Shown: positions 45,648 through 57,956, numbered from the stretch's first letter. The stretch is 64,000 bases of DNA from Opitutia bacterium (GCA_947478395.1 CANJVR010000003.1:96001-160000); one strand, 5' to 3'. Notes: generated by a model not told the origin, from the letters alone. Program-made: numbers and translations.

Positions 45648-45971
45648 TTCCGATGCTTCGGAAACTCCCGCGGAGAAGTCGCTGAAAAAGGGGCTCAGTC
45701 CTTTGAGCTGCGGAAATGCTGGTGATTAAAATCGAACCGTTTGGGGCGCCAGCTGACCGACGCACCGCCCGGCTTTGCCCGGCGGTATTGTGGGGCATGG
45801 CGTTTGGCCAGGAATCTCCGCCGCTTGCGGCCTTACCGTGCGGTAAACCCGAGCCCGCCGTTTTTTTGCCCGCCGTCTCACGCCAAATTTTCCCGCCAAT
45901 CCGACCATTCCGTTGCATCTCCGGAGTTGCACTCGGACTACCCGATGGCTCTGTGTTCGGTTCTATCTCAT

Positions 45972-46916
45972 ATGTCAGCCACCGTTGAAAACGTCGTTAT
46001 TATCGGCACAGGTTGCGCGGGACTCACCGCGGCGATTTACACCGGCCGCGCCAACCTCAGCCCCCTCGTCTTGGAAGGTCCCCTGCCCGGCGGACAACTC
46101 ACGACCACCAGCGAAGTGGAGAATTTCCCCGGGTTCCCGCACGGCGTGGATGGCTTTCAGCTGACGCAAAACATGCGCGAGCAAGCCACGCGTTTCGGTA
46201 CGCGTTTCGAACAGGCGATGGTCGTGTCGGTCGATTTCACGACGATGCCGCGAAAACTCGTCTGCGCGGACCGCACGATCCTGGCCAAAACGGTGATCAT
46301 CGCCACCGGCGCTTCGCCCCGCCTGACCGGTATTCCCGGCGAAAAGGAACTCTACGGCGGCAAAGGCGTGACAACCTGCGCGACCTGCGATGGCGCCTTC
46401 TACCGAAAAATGGAAGTGGCCGTGCTCGGCGGCGGCGACAGTGCCGCGGAGGAAGCACTGTTTCTCACCCGCTTCGCCAGCAAAGTGTATCTCGTTCACC
46501 GCCGCGACACATTGCGTGCTTCGAAAATTATGGCTGATCGCGCCGTCGCGCATGAAAAAATCCAGATGGTCTGGGACACGATCCCCGTGGAAGTCCTCGG
46601 CGTCGATGCCGGCGCCGTTAATGGCTTGAAAGTGAAAAATATCAAGACGGGCGCGGAATCCGTTCTGCCGGTGAAGGGCATTTTTGTCGCGATCGGTCAC
46701 ATCCCCAACACGGGACCTTTTGCCCCACCGCTCGAGGTAGACGAAGGCGGCTATTTCAAGCCCCAGCCAGGCTCACAGGTGCAGACCAACATTCCCGGTA
46801 TCTATGTGGCGGGTGATTGCTCGGATCACATTTACCGGCAGGCGATCACCGCGGCCGGCATGGGCTGCGCGGCAGCCATCGAAGCGGAACGCTGGTTGGC
46901 CGAGCACGGCGGATAA
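45972..46916 (+). CDS. trxB: Thioredoxin reductase
   Basis: [42 protein letters not shown]. Start taken at MSATVEN. Confidence 0.95.
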   Translation: MSATVENVVIIGTGCAGLTAAIYTGRANLSPLVLEGPLPGGQLTTTSEVENFPGFPHGVDGFQLTQNMREQATRFGTRFEQAMVVSVDFTTMPRKLVCADRTILAKTVIIATGASPRLTGIPGEKELYGGKGVTTCATCDGAFYRKMEVAVLGGGDSAAEEALFLTRFASKVYLVHRRDTLRASKIMADRAVAHEKIQMVWDTIPVEVLGVDAGAVNGLKVKNIKTGAESVLPVKGIFVAIGHIPNTGPFAPPLEVDEGGYFKPQPGSQVQTNIPGIYVAGDCSDHIYRQAITAAGMGCAAAIEAERWLAEHGG

Positions 46917-47322
46917 GCCAGCGCCTCAAAGTCCACGTCCAACAAAGACCACGCTTCCAGCCGCGACAAAAGTGCGGGGCATTACGGATCGATAAGATGA
47001 CCGCCGGTGCAGATCGCATCGACGCCGGTGACTTGGCCGACTGGCGAAAACCGTCAGCGTCTATTAACGAAGGGGGCCGGGAGCGGAGGGGGCGGTAGCA
47101 CCACGACGGGAGGACGGGAAGTGGATTTGCCGCCACCGCCGGAGCAGGTTCGAGGATTGAAATCCGGCGCAATTGCCGGGCTTGGTTTCAGGCCTATTGG
47201 GACGCGCGCCGTTGAAGTCCCTTGCCCTAGCGAAGTGAATATATCCGCGGTAAATCGCTGCTCCGCATGATCCGCGAGGACTTCTAATTTGACGATATTC
47301 TCGCGCGCACTGAGCTCGTGCC

Positions 47323-50298
47323 ATGATCCCCCCGCACTCGTTTCTGCGAATTTTCTCGGCCATCGCGGCGCTCGCAACGGTTCTGCACGCGCAACCTGCA
47401 CCGCTCGTCGTCACGCCCACGGCGAGCAACTCGCAAACCCTCAACGGCCCGTGGCGCTTCAAATATCTGCCCGTTGCCAAGCTTGCCCCCAACGCTCCTG
47501 AAACCGCCTTTTCGGCGGCCACGTTCGACGACACAAGTTGGTCGCAGATCGCCGTTCCGGCCCACTGGGAACTAGCCGGTTTCGCCGAACCTCGTTACGG
47601 CAAAACCCTCGCCGAAGGCACGGGACTTTATCGTCGGATGTTCAGCGTGCCCGCGGCCTGGAACGGCCAGCACATTTTTCTCCGCTTCGATGGCGTGCTC
47701 TCGGGCTTCGAAGTTTTCATCAACGGCACCCGCATCGGCGAATGGGCCAGCGGCTACAACGCCGTCGCGTTCGACATCACGTCCGCCCTGCGCGCGGGCC
47801 CCGACAATCTCATCGCGGTGAACGTCACCACCCGCAGCAAAGGCTGGGAGTTCGACACCAACGACTGCTGGGCGCTCTCCGGGATCTATCGCGACGTCAC
47901 GCTCTTCGCCGTACCCGCCGTCCACTTCCAAGACTACGCCACGCAGACCAAACTGAACGCCGACGGCTCCGCCACGCTCACTCTTTCCGCCACCGCGAGC
48001 GAAGCATCCAACGTCAGCGGCCGCCTGCTCGCTCCCGACGGCAAACTCGTGCGCGAATTTCAGTTCGCGACGTCCGCATCGGCGACGCTGGTCGTCACCC
48101 AACCGCAACTTTGGACCGCTGAAACTCCCTCGCTCTACACGCTCGAACTCGCCCTGGCCTCCGGCCAGAAGGTGACCGAAAAAATCGGCCTGCGCGAAAT
48201 TACGATCGTCGACGGCGTGCTGCAACTGAACGGGCGGCCGATCAAACTGCGCGGCGTCGATCACCACGACATGTGGCCCGACGTTGGCCGCGCCGCCACC
48301 GAAGCCCACCTCCGCCGCGATCTCGATCTGATCAAGGCCGCCAACATCAATTTCGTGCGCACCTCCCACTACCCGCCGCACCGCCGCCTCCTCGCGCTCT
48401 GCGACGAGATGGGAATTTATGTGATGGACGAAGTCCCGTTCGGTTTCGGCGACGAACATCTCACCGACCCGACGTATCAGGAAAGTCTACTCACTCGCGC
48501 CGACGCCACCGTGGCCCGCGATCGCAATCATCCCTCGATCATTGTGTGGAGCATCGGCAACGAAAACCCCAACACGCCGCTCACCTTCGCCACCGCGCGC
48601 CGCGTCAAAGCGCTCGATCCCACCCGACCGGTGTGTTTCCCGCAGGTCGGCTCCTATTTCGCCCGCACGTTCGCCGAGCTCCCCGCCGACATCGACATCT
48701 ACGCGCCGCACTATCCGGTCGTCTCCACCGTGCGCGACTACGCCACGCGCATGACGCGTCCAGTGATTTTCACCGAGTACGCCCACGCGCTCGGCCTCGC
48801 GAGCGATCGCATCCAGGAGGAGTGGGCCATCATGCAAGCCAGCCCGCGCATCGCCGGCGGCGCCGTCTGGATGTTTCAGGATCAAGGCATCCTGCGTCCC
48901 GCCACGGCCCGTCCGAAAGCCGACCGCACCGATTTCTACGTGTGGCCGGACGCCAATCATTACTACGACACCGACCTCAACCAAGGCGCCGACGGCATCG
49001 TTTACTCTGATCGTACACCGCAGACTGATTACTGGCAGGTGCGGAAGGTCTACTCGCCCGTGCAAGTGCAGGAGCGCAGCCTGACCGTGCGCCCCGGCGC
49101 GCAGACGATCGCGCTGCACGTCGAGAATCGCTTCGATTTTCGCTCGCTCGCCGGACTCGATTTCAAATGGGAAATTCAGCGCAACGGCGTCGCCGAACAA
49201 AGCGGTCACCTCCCGCTCCGCGCCGCGGCCCGCACCACCGAGGAAGCGACGCTTGCGCTGACGTTTCCCTCCGACATCGCCGGCACCGATGTTTTCACCC
49301 TGGCGCTCCGCTGTGCGGACGGAACCGCCCCGTCATTCTACGAGCACACCGTGCGGCTTGGCTCTGGCGGCGACGCCAGCACGGCAATCGCAAAAATTCT
49401 TCCCACCCTCGCTGCCGGTTCCGCTCTCACCATCGATGAGCAACCCGCGACCCTTCGCGTCACCCACGTCGGCGGTGAGGTGAAAGTGGATCGCGCCACG
49501 GGTGAAATCACGTTGTTCGATCGGGCCGGCACGACGCTCGCAAGCGGACTTTTTCCGCACATCGGCCGCCGTTTCACGGAAACAGAACTGTTACGCGCTC
49601 CCCGCGATGGGCTGTGGACGGGCGCGTTTCTTCGCACGCCTGCAACCGTGGCCGTTGAACTCTCCCGTGAGGCGGATGGCAGCGCCACGATTCTGATCCG
49701 CGGTCGCTATCCGCGTCCCGACGCAGCCGACCAAGCGCTCGAAGGCAGCCACCGCGTAGTCGTGCGCGCCGACGGCACGCTTGAAGTGAGCTACGACTAC
49801 AAATTCGCCGGCGGCAAAGGCGCGATCCTCGAGGCGGGCATCTCCCTGCTCGTGCCGGCGGAAGCGGGCAGCTTCCGCTGGCTCGGTGCCGGTCCCTACG
49901 CGGGCTATCCCGGCAAAGACGTGTTGAACAACTTTGGCGCCTATCACCTCCACCGCGACGACCTCCGTTTCCAAGGCAATCATCGCGATGTCGAAGCCGC
50001 TCTGCTCGCACGCCCCACAGGCGCCGGGCTCGCTCTTTTCGGCCTGAAGCTCGACCTCGCCGTCGAACGCGTGCGCGAAGGCACCGTAGTCAGTCACAAC
50101 GCGATCATTTCCAGTCTCGGCAACAAAGGCTCGAGCCCGGAAATAAACCTGCGCGCGGAAAACATTCCCGCCCTGTCCGGCCGGTTTACACTGCTACCCC
50201 TTGGTCCGGAATGGCCGTCGGTTTTGACCCGTTGGTTCGGAGCGTCCCGGGAAGTCGTCGCCGTCCAACAACCCTTCTATCACAGCTACGATCAATGA
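47323..50298 (+). CDS. Secreted glycoside hydrolase family 2 (beta-galactosidase-like)
   Basis: Signal peptide, SGIYRDV, LNGRPIKLRGVDHH, NFVRTSHYP, RDRNHPSIIVWSIGNE (acid/base), TEYAH (nucleophile). Confidence 0.92.
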   Translation: MIPPHSFLRIFSAIAALATVLHAQPAPLVVTPTASNSQTLNGPWRFKYLPVAKLAPNAPETAFSAATFDDTSWSQIAVPAHWELAGFAEPRYGKTLAEGTGLYRRMFSVPAAWNGQHIFLRFDGVLSGFEVFINGTRIGEWASGYNAVAFDITSALRAGPDNLIAVNVTTRSKGWEFDTNDCWALSGIYRDVTLFAVPAVHFQDYATQTKLNADGSATLTLSATASEASNVSGRLLAPDGKLVREFQFATSASATLVVTQPQLWTAETPSLYTLELALASGQKVTEKIGLREITIVDGVLQLNGRPIKLRGVDHHDMWPDVGRAATEAHLRRDLDLIKAANINFVRTSHYPPHRRLLALCDEMGIYVMDEVPFGFGDEHLTDPTYQESLLTRADATVARDRNHPSIIVWSIGNENPNTPLTFATARRVKALDPTRPVCFPQVGSYFARTFAELPADIDIYAPHYPVVSTVRDYATRMTRPVIFTEYAHALGLASDRIQEEWAIMQASPRIAGGAVWMFQDQGILRPATARPKADRTDFYVWPDANHYYDTDLNQGADGIVYSDRTPQTDYWQVRKVYSPVQVQERSLTVRPGAQTIALHVENRFDFRSLAGLDFKWEIQRNGVAEQSGHLPLRAAARTTEEATLALTFPSDIAGTDVFTLALRCADGTAPSFYEHTVRLGSGGDASTAIAKILPTLAAGSALTIDEQPATLRVTHVGGEVKVDRATGEITLFDRAGTTLASGLFPHIGRRFTETELLRAPRDGLWTGAFLRTPATVAVELSREADGSATILIRGRYPRPDAADQALEGSHRVVVRADGTLEVSYDYKFAGGKGAILEAGISLLVPAEAGSFRWLGAGPYAGYPGKDVLNNFGAYHLHRDDLRFQGNHRDVEAALLARPTGAGLALFGLKLDLAVERVREGTVVSHNAIISSLGNKGSSPEINLRAENIPALSGRFTLLPLGPEWPSVLTRWFGASREVVAVQQPFYHSYDQ

Positions 50299-50338
50299 TT
50301 CTCGCCCACGTGCGCGACGGACTTCATTTCGAGCGGCG

Positions 50339-50875
50339 ATGAAAGCTTGCCCCTGGCGCTCGTGCCTCCCGCTCACTGTCGTATTTTTCCTCTGTCATTC
50401 CGCGCGCGGGGCGGAAGCACCCGCCCCGGCTTTCCAAGCCGGTCTCGACGTCACGCTGGAAGCCACCGCGGGCGTTAGCGGCGGTGCCCGTACCGTTCGC
50501 TCCGAAGAAGCCGCTCGCCCCTCGGGAACTTTGTCGCTGAAAGCAACGTCGAGGGGGGTCCCCGCACCCGCCTAAACTCGTGGTGGCCTGAGAAAGAATT
50601 CGCCTCGTGGTCCATCCGCCCCGGCACGTTGCTGCGGGCAAAGAATTTACCGGCACCGACGCGGGATGCCATTTGGCCAAGAGCGCCTGCGGCTGGCCCT
50701 CTTTTATCCCCAAGAATACCGTCAACCCCGGCTCGGCGTGTACGACGGCGCCCCCTTCGACTCCACGATCGGCGATCCCACGGTCAACCACGACGGCCTG
50801 CACTCCCGCGTCAGCGGCGATCAAGACTCGCTGATCATTAGCAAACTCGCCGGCGGAAGACCTACTCTGGCTTGA
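50339..50875 (+). pseudogene. Degraded OprB-family carbohydrate porin
   Basis: Fragments in different frames: signal peptide + LEATAGVSGGAR; KEFTGTDAG..SACGWPSFIPKNTVNPG; LGVYDG.PFDS..GDPTVNHDGL. Interrupted by stops, frameshifts and large deletions. Confidence 0.6.
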
Positions 50876-51084
50876 CGCGCTTGAAAGCCGCTGAGGGGAC
50901 CTCTATGCGGGCAATTCATCGGCCACCCGGGCGGGAGTTCACTGCTGCGCGACGCATTGCTCTGCACGTTTCGCGCCTGCCTCAGCTTTTAGGGGCCGAA
51001 CCCATGCCGCAGGCCGTCCGCTCGCGAACGCTCCGGCGCTCGCAAGCGAGCTGACGCGCCTTGATTTCAGCGCCATCGCTTGAA

Positions 51085-51130
51085 CTTAGAATAGTTCTAA
51101 CTCCAGCTTGATATTTAGAACCATTCCAAT
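51085..51130. promoter_or_regulatory. Two ICE/Irr-box-like operators
   Basis: CTTAGAATAGTTCTAAC (51085-51101) and TTTAGAACCATTCCAAT (51114-51130) both resemble TTTRGAAYNRTTCYAAA. Confidence 0.7.
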
Positions 51131-51148
51131 TTGCTGCTCCCTCGCTCC

Positions 51149-51604
51149 ATGAGTTCCCCCTCCACATCCACCCTTCCCGGTCCACTGGCCCAGCGTCTCG
51201 CTGACAGTGGCCTGCGCTCCACCCCGCAGCGCGAAGTCGTTTACGACGTGCTGTTAAAAAAGCGCGATCACCCGACCGCCGACGAAGTATTTATCCGAGT
51301 TCGGTCCGAGCTTTCCGGCATCTCCCTCGCCACGGTCTACAACTGCCTGGAAACTTTGGTCCAGTGCAACTTGGTCCGGGCGGTGAATTTCGAGCGTGGC
51401 CCGACGCGTTATTGTCCGAATCTCCACCCGCACGCGCATTTTCACGACGAACACAGCGGCGAGACGCACGATGTTGATCTGCCGCCGTCACTGTTCGCTA
51501 AGTTAAAATCCGAGCTGCCCGCCGGCTTCGAAGCGGAAGCCATCGAGATCACGTTTCGCGGCAAGGCCTGTGCCAGTAGCGAACATCGGGGACCGAGCAG
51601 ATAA
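51149..51604 (+). CDS. Fur-family regulator (Irr/PerR-like, no CxxC motifs)
   Basis: [41 protein letters not shown]. Confidence 0.88.
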   Translation: MSSPSTSTLPGPLAQRLADSGLRSTPQREVVYDVLLKKRDHPTADEVFIRVRSELSGISLATVYNCLETLVQCNLVRAVNFERGPTRYCPNLHPHAHFHDEHSGETHDVDLPPSLFAKLKSELPAGFEAEAIEITFRGKACASSEHRGPSR

Positions 51605-51666
51605 CGGGTCCCACTTCCTTTAAACCCTACCCGCTGCTTACCACTCGCTCCTTTTATTTTTCTGCC

Positions 51667-52428
51667 ATGAGCCAACTCGAAATCAAAAACCTCCACGTCG
51701 CCATCGGGGACAAGGAAATCGTCAAGGGCCTCTCGCTTACCATCAAGAGCGGCGAAGTTCATGCGATCATGGGGCCCAATGGCACCGGGAAATCCACGCT
51801 CTCCAAGGCCATCGCCGGCCATCCCGACTACACCATCACGTCCGGCGACGTCCTGCTTAACGGGGCATCGATCCTGGCGCAGGCGGCCGACGCGCGCGCG
51901 CGCGCCGGTCTTTTTCTGGCGTTTCAATATCCCAGTGAAATCCCCGGTGTTTCCATCGCCAATTTTCTTCGCGCCGCGCTGCAAGCCCGCCTCGCCGAGG
52001 GCGAGGAGATCGATGCCACCGCTTACTACAAGCGGCTCTACGCCAAAATGGATTTGCTGAAGATGGACCGCAAATTTACGTCGCGCTCGATCAATGACGG
52101 CTTTTCCGGCGGCGAGAAAAAGCGCTGCGAGATTCTGCAGATGGCGATGCTCGAGCCCAAGTTCGCCCTCATGGATGAAACCGATTCCGGCCTGGACATC
52201 GACGCTCTCCGCATCGTGTCCGAAGGCGTCAACACGATGCGCGGCCCCAACCTCGGCATTCTGATGATCACCCACTACCAGCGCCTGCTCGATTACATCG
52301 TGCCCGATTTTGTGCACGTCATGTGGGACGGCCGCATTGTCAAAAGCGGCGACAAATCCTTGGCGCTCGAACTCGAGGCCAAGGGCTACGACTGGGTAAA
52401 ACAGGAACTCGCGCCGGCCAACGCCTGA
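51667..52428 (+). CDS. sufC: Fe-S assembly ATPase SufC
   Basis: [52 protein letters not shown]. Confidence 0.96.
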   Translation: MSQLEIKNLHVAIGDKEIVKGLSLTIKSGEVHAIMGPNGTGKSTLSKAIAGHPDYTITSGDVLLNGASILAQAADARARAGLFLAFQYPSEIPGVSIANFLRAALQARLAEGEEIDATAYYKRLYAKMDLLKMDRKFTSRSINDGFSGGEKKRCEILQMAMLEPKFALMDETDSGLDIDALRIVSEGVNTMRGPNLGILMITHYQRLLDYIVPDFVHVMWDGRIVKSGDKSLALELEAKGYDWVKQELAPANA

Positions 52429-52459
52429 ACCTCGACCAAGTTAGCTTGAAATATCCGCC

Positions 52460-53917
<1,458 letters not shown>

Positions 53918-54005
53918 CGCCCACGAAATGACGAATACCGAATGTCATTCTTCGGCTCGTCTATTTCCCTCCGCTGTTCCGCCATCCGAAATTCGTCACT
54001 AGCCG

Positions 54006-55343
54006 ATGTCCGCTCCCACTCTCACCGCAACCCAATCCCTCGTCGGCAGCTTCACGGCTGAAGCGTTCGCCACGCACCTCGCGACACAGTCCGCCGCGCC
54101 CGCGTGGTGGCTCGAACGCAAACGCGCCGCCTATAATAAATTTGCGGCGCTGCCGGTACCCACACGAAAGAGCGAGTCGTGGCGTTTCAGCGCCATCGGG
54201 ACGCTCACGCTCGAAGGCTTCGAACTCGGATGCGTTATCCCTGACGCGCCGCCTTCCTCCGCACCTTTCGGCCCATCCGCGCTCACGTTCATCAACAACG
54301 CAATCGCCCGGCGCTCTGCGCTCCCTCCCGACCTCGCCGCCAAAGGCGTCTTAATCACCACGCTCGCCTCCGCCGCGGCCAGCCATCCCGATCTTTTCAA
54401 AGCTCACTTCATGGCGCAGCCGCAGAAACTCGGCTCCGAAAAATTCGCCGCGTTACACACCGCCTTCGTGGGCGAGGGTGCGTTTATTTATATTCCGCGG
54501 GGCGTTGAAGTCGCCGAGCCGATTGTTGTCACGCACATCGCCGCGGGCGCGGGCACGGCCGTCTTCCCTCACACGCTCGTGATCGCAGAGGAAAATTCGA
54601 AGGTCACCGTCGTCGACTACTTCGCCTCCGCCGAATCGAAACCCGAAACGCAAAACGCTGACCGCGGATCGTTCGCGCTCGGCGCGAATGATCTCTACGC
54701 CGGTCACGGCGCGCAGCTCACCTACATCGCCGCCCAGAATTGGTCGCGGGACACCCTGTCATTCCAGCTCAATTCCACCGTGGTGCGCCGCGACGCCCGG
54801 GTGCAATCGCTCAACCTCCACCTCGGTGCCCGGCAGGCGCGGCACGAGTCGCTCTCGCAACTGCAGGCTCCCGGCGCTTTCTCCGAAATGCTCGCGCTCA
54901 CGGTGGCGGAAGGCGCGCAGGAATTCGACCAGCGCACCCTGCAACTGCACCAGGCGCCCAACACGAAAAGCGATCTTCTCTACAAAAACGCCCTCCGCGA
55001 CCGGTCGAAAACTATTTTCTCGGGCCTCATCGTCGTCGATCCCGACGCGCAGAAAACCGACGCCTACCAAAGCAATCGCAACCTCATGCTCAGCGACGAA
55101 GCCGAGGCGAATTCGCTGCCGGGCCTTGAAATTCAGGCGAACGACGTGCGCTGCACTCACGGCGCGACGTCTTCGCGCATCGATCCGGAACAAGAATTTT
55201 ATCTGCAGGCCCGCGGCATCCCCAAAGCCGCCGCCGACGAACTCCTCACCTTCGGCTTCTTCGAGGAAGTACTCAACAAACTCGCGAACGACGATCTGCA
55301 CGAGGCCCTCCGCGCGTTGATCCAAAACAAATTTAAAAAGTAG
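54006..55343 (+). CDS. sufD: Fe-S assembly protein SufD
   Basis: ESWRF, FSGLIVV...AQKTDAYQSNRNL, PGLEIQANDVRCTHGAT, FYLQARGI. Confidence 0.93.
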   Translation: MSAPTLTATQSLVGSFTAEAFATHLATQSAAPAWWLERKRAAYNKFAALPVPTRKSESWRFSAIGTLTLEGFELGCVIPDAPPSSAPFGPSALTFINNAIARRSALPPDLAAKGVLITTLASAAASHPDLFKAHFMAQPQKLGSEKFAALHTAFVGEGAFIYIPRGVEVAEPIVVTHIAAGAGTAVFPHTLVIAEENSKVTVVDYFASAESKPETQNADRGSFALGANDLYAGHGAQLTYIAAQNWSRDTLSFQLNSTVVRRDARVQSLNLHLGARQARHESLSQLQAPGAFSEMLALTVAEGAQEFDQRTLQLHQAPNTKSDLLYKNALRDRSKTIFSGLIVVDPDAQKTDAYQSNRNLMLSDEAEANSLPGLEIQANDVRCTHGATSSRIDPEQEFYLQARGIPKAAADELLTFGFFEEVLNKLANDDLHEALRALIQNKFKK

Positions 55344-55422
55344 CGAGGAGCGAGTGGCGGGCCTCCTGCGAAGTCCGCCGCCCGACCTACTCGCTAACCA
55401 CTACTCACCACCTGCTACTTTC

Positions 55423-55977
55423 ATGGCCACCACCGACCGCACTCTTTCCCGCGACATCGTCGCCACCCAGATTCCGAGCGGCGACAAACACACGCTCTCG
55501 GCTGGCACGAAGCTTTTCATTCATCAAACGCTGGGCGGCAGCTTCACCGTGCAGACCGACTTCGGCCTGTTCCGCATCGACGGCAAGGACGCTGATTCGA
55601 TTGGCGAAAAGGTCGCCGACAACACCGTCCAAGTTGCGACGCTCAGCGACGGCGCGCCAGATCCAGCCGCGATCTGGGACCAACTGCGGCGCGTGTTCGA
55701 TCCCGAGATCCCAGTCAATATTGTCGACCTCGGGCTCGTTTATTCAATGGACGTCGAAAAACAAATCGAGGTCGCGCCGCCAACGTACAAGGTGAACGTC
55801 GCGATGACCCTCACGGCCCCCGGTTGCGGCATGGGCCCGGCCATCGCTGAAGACGCGAAGACCAAGATTCTGCTCGTGCCGGGCGTAAGCTCGGCCGACG
55901 TCCGCATCACGTGGGAGCCATCCTGGAATCAGTCGATGATCTCTGAAGAGGGGAAAATGAAGCTGGGGCTGATCTGA
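55423..55977 (+). CDS. sufT: Long-form SufT (DUF59) Fe-S assembly protein
   Basis: QTLGGSFTV, FDPEIPVNIVDLGLVY, MTLTAPGCGMGP, WEPSWNQSMISEE. Confidence 0.92.
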   Translation: MATTDRTLSRDIVATQIPSGDKHTLSAGTKLFIHQTLGGSFTVQTDFGLFRIDGKDADSIGEKVADNTVQVATLSDGAPDPAAIWDQLRRVFDPEIPVNIVDLGLVYSMDVEKQIEVAPPTYKVNVAMTLTAPGCGMGPAIAEDAKTKILLVPGVSSADVRITWEPSWNQSMISEEGKMKLGLI

Positions 55978-56138
55978 TCGCACGCCATTCCCTCGGACTC
56001 GAACCGGCAACGAATGAGCGCGGGGGCCTTCGATTCGAATACTGCTCGATCAAAAGCTCCCGGCTTGCACCCGCGATACCGGCAGAAGCCCCAGCCCGAA
56101 TCACGCCCGGTTCGACGTGAACTTTTCGGAAGACCGGG

Positions 56139-56405
56139 TCAACGCACCGGCGGCGACGCGATGGCTTTGGCAAGTTTTTGAGTCGCTGCAGCGAGATCGG
56201 CCGTAATGCGCGCGACCATGTCGCCGCTCCATTTCTCCTGTCGCGCGAGCTGCAGGCGTTGTTTGAGCCAGGCCTCGTGATTGCGCAACCGCTCCAGATC
56301 GATCCCGGAGTATTGATTCGCAGGATGGCGTGATTGAAGCGCGGCCCAGACATACACGCCAATGGCGGCCGCAAGGACAAAGAGAACGGCGATGGCTTCA
56401 GGCAT
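56139..56405 (-). CDS. Small membrane-anchored hypothetical protein
   Basis: N-terminal TM helix followed by a coiled-coil-like segment; 88 aa. Confidence 0.6.
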   Translation of the reverse strand: MPEAIAVLFVLAAAIGVYVWAALQSRHPANQYSGIDLERLRNHEAWLKQRLQLARQEKWSGDMVARITADLAAATQKLAKAIASPPVR

Positions 56406-56777
56406 GGCGCATGATTTTCAGCCACTGAAACACGGAGCGTCAGGGTTTCGACTTTTATCCTGCCGCAGAATTGAAGTATCGGACGATCGATGCGCTCCAG
56501 GATCATCCTTTAATACCTTCGTCAGTTCATCTCCCCCCCATCAGCAACGATCGGCGGATCGCTACCTGCATTGCGCGAAGCCGCACCGTTGGCGCAGGTC
56601 GTTCATGGGCATCTACGCCAAGAATACATCAGATGGAACACGACCGCGAAACGAGACGAGACCGGCCAAAATTGCATCGCCACGGCGATCGAGTGGCTCA
56701 CCGCCGGCAGATCGCCCAACTTGAAATACGCGCACTGCTGATAGCGCCTGGAGGTCTCGAACCATACCGAGTCGGCA

Positions 56778-56915
56778 AAGCGGTTTAAGTTTTCCCGTGG
56801 CCGTTTGGCGTAGCGGCAGGCGTCTCTGCCTGCCGGGTTCGGCGTTCTCGTTTCGGGCAGGCAGGGACGCCTGCCGCTACGTTGCCAGTGGCTGCGCTTT
56901 AGTTAAGCCGCTCTA
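56778..56915. mobile_element. MITE-like element with terminal inverted repeats and an internal GTAG-REP-like hairpin
   Basis: Ends AGCGGTTTAA / TTAAGCCGCT. Internal 26-bp inverted repeat CGTAGCGGCAGGCGTCTCTGCCTGCC / GGCAGGCAGGGACGCCTGCCGCTACG. Second copy at 19304-19387. Confidence 0.6.
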
Positions 56916-57938
56916 AACGCGCAGCGCCGCAACTTGGGTCCGAAGCACCTCAACCAGTCCGAGCAGCAGAGGCGTTGACGCAGATCCGGGCCACTCGGCC
57001 AGCGCGGCACTGGCCGCGGCGAGCTCATCTTGAATCGCGCTGGCAACGGCGGCGAATATGTTCAACTCCCTCATCTGCCGGAGACGCAACGCGAGCTGCG
57101 GGGACCGCCGGCCGGTGATTTCCTCGTTAAGCGCGATCTGCTCGTCCGCAGGCAGTCGTTCGAACAGTGTCAGCAGCGGCAGCGTGAGTTTTCCGCTCGC
57201 GAGATCTGTGCCGAGGGTTTTCCCAATCCGCGCCTCTTGGCCAAAAAAATCCGCCAGATCGTCGTAGATCTGATACGCGATACCGAGGTGTCGGCCAAAC
57301 TGACTGGCGGCCGTAACATAGCCGGGTTCGGAACCCGCGAGGCGCGCGCCGAGAAAACACGATACGCGAAAAAGCTCCGCGGTCTTTAGATCGATGATCC
57401 GCTGATAATCGGCCCGCGTGACATTCAGCGAACCCCGGCGCAGCGTTTGCACGATCTCGCCCGCGCAGACGCGGCGCGTGGACTCCGACACGGCCGCGCA
57501 AATCTCGGTCGTGGGAAATTGCGTGGCAAGATGGAGGGCGTGGGCGAAGAGCGCGTCACCCAGCAGCACGGCCGCGGCGGGCCCGAATTCGCGCGATGCC
57601 GTTCGCCGGCTGCGTCTGACGTCGGCCTCATCCATGATATCGTCGTGCACCAGGGTGGCGAGGTGGACAAGTTCGACAACCGCGGCCACGCGCACGAGAT
57701 CGGGCGCGATGGCCGTTGGACTGCGCCAGCCGCTGAGAAAAACCAAGGCTGGACGAATGCGCTTCCCCGAGGTGTCGATGCAGTAGTCCGCCATGGCGCG
57801 GATCTCCGGTTCGAAGGCCTCGAGCTGACCGCGCAGATACCGATCAAGCTCGGCCATGTGCGGCGCCAAATGCGCAAAAACCCCCGCAAAAACGGGCGGT
57901 GCGCCGGACGGTTCTGCGGCGGATGCAAAGCTACTCAT
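56913..57938 (-). CDS. Polyprenyl diphosphate synthase (IspB/HepT-like)
   Basis: GKRIRP, ELVHLATLVHDDIMD (FARM), KTAELF, YQIYDDLAD (SARM), GKTLGTDL. Confidence 0.93.
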   Translation of the reverse strand: MSSFASAAEPSGAPPVFAGVFAHLAPHMAELDRYLRGQLEAFEPEIRAMADYCIDTSGKRIRPALVFLSGWRSPTAIAPDLVRVAAVVELVHLATLVHDDIMDEADVRRSRRTASREFGPAAAVLLGDALFAHALHLATQFPTTEICAAVSESTRRVCAGEIVQTLRRGSLNVTRADYQRIIDLKTAELFRVSCFLGARLAGSEPGYVTAASQFGRHLGIAYQIYDDLADFFGQEARIGKTLGTDLASGKLTLPLLTLFERLPADEQIALNEEITGRRSPQLALRLRQMRELNIFAAVASAIQDELAAASAALAEWPGSASTPLLLGLVEVLRTQVAALRV

Positions 57939-57956
57939 GGAGGTCTGGACGGTTAA

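Noticed and set aside
46920..47300. Minus-strand Pro/Gly-rich ORF fragments between trxB and GH2
   Set aside because: No credible start or family motif. It could be a decayed gene, but this cannot be supported.
55983..56070. GGTTCGAGTCC T-loop-like motif (minus strand) suggesting a tRNA or att site
   Set aside because: No acceptor, D or anticodon arms can be built, and it does not match the tRNA-Gln 3' end.
56362..56788. + strand ORFs of 105 and 120 aa
   Set aside because: Low-information, Arg/Ser-rich translations with no recognisable motif.
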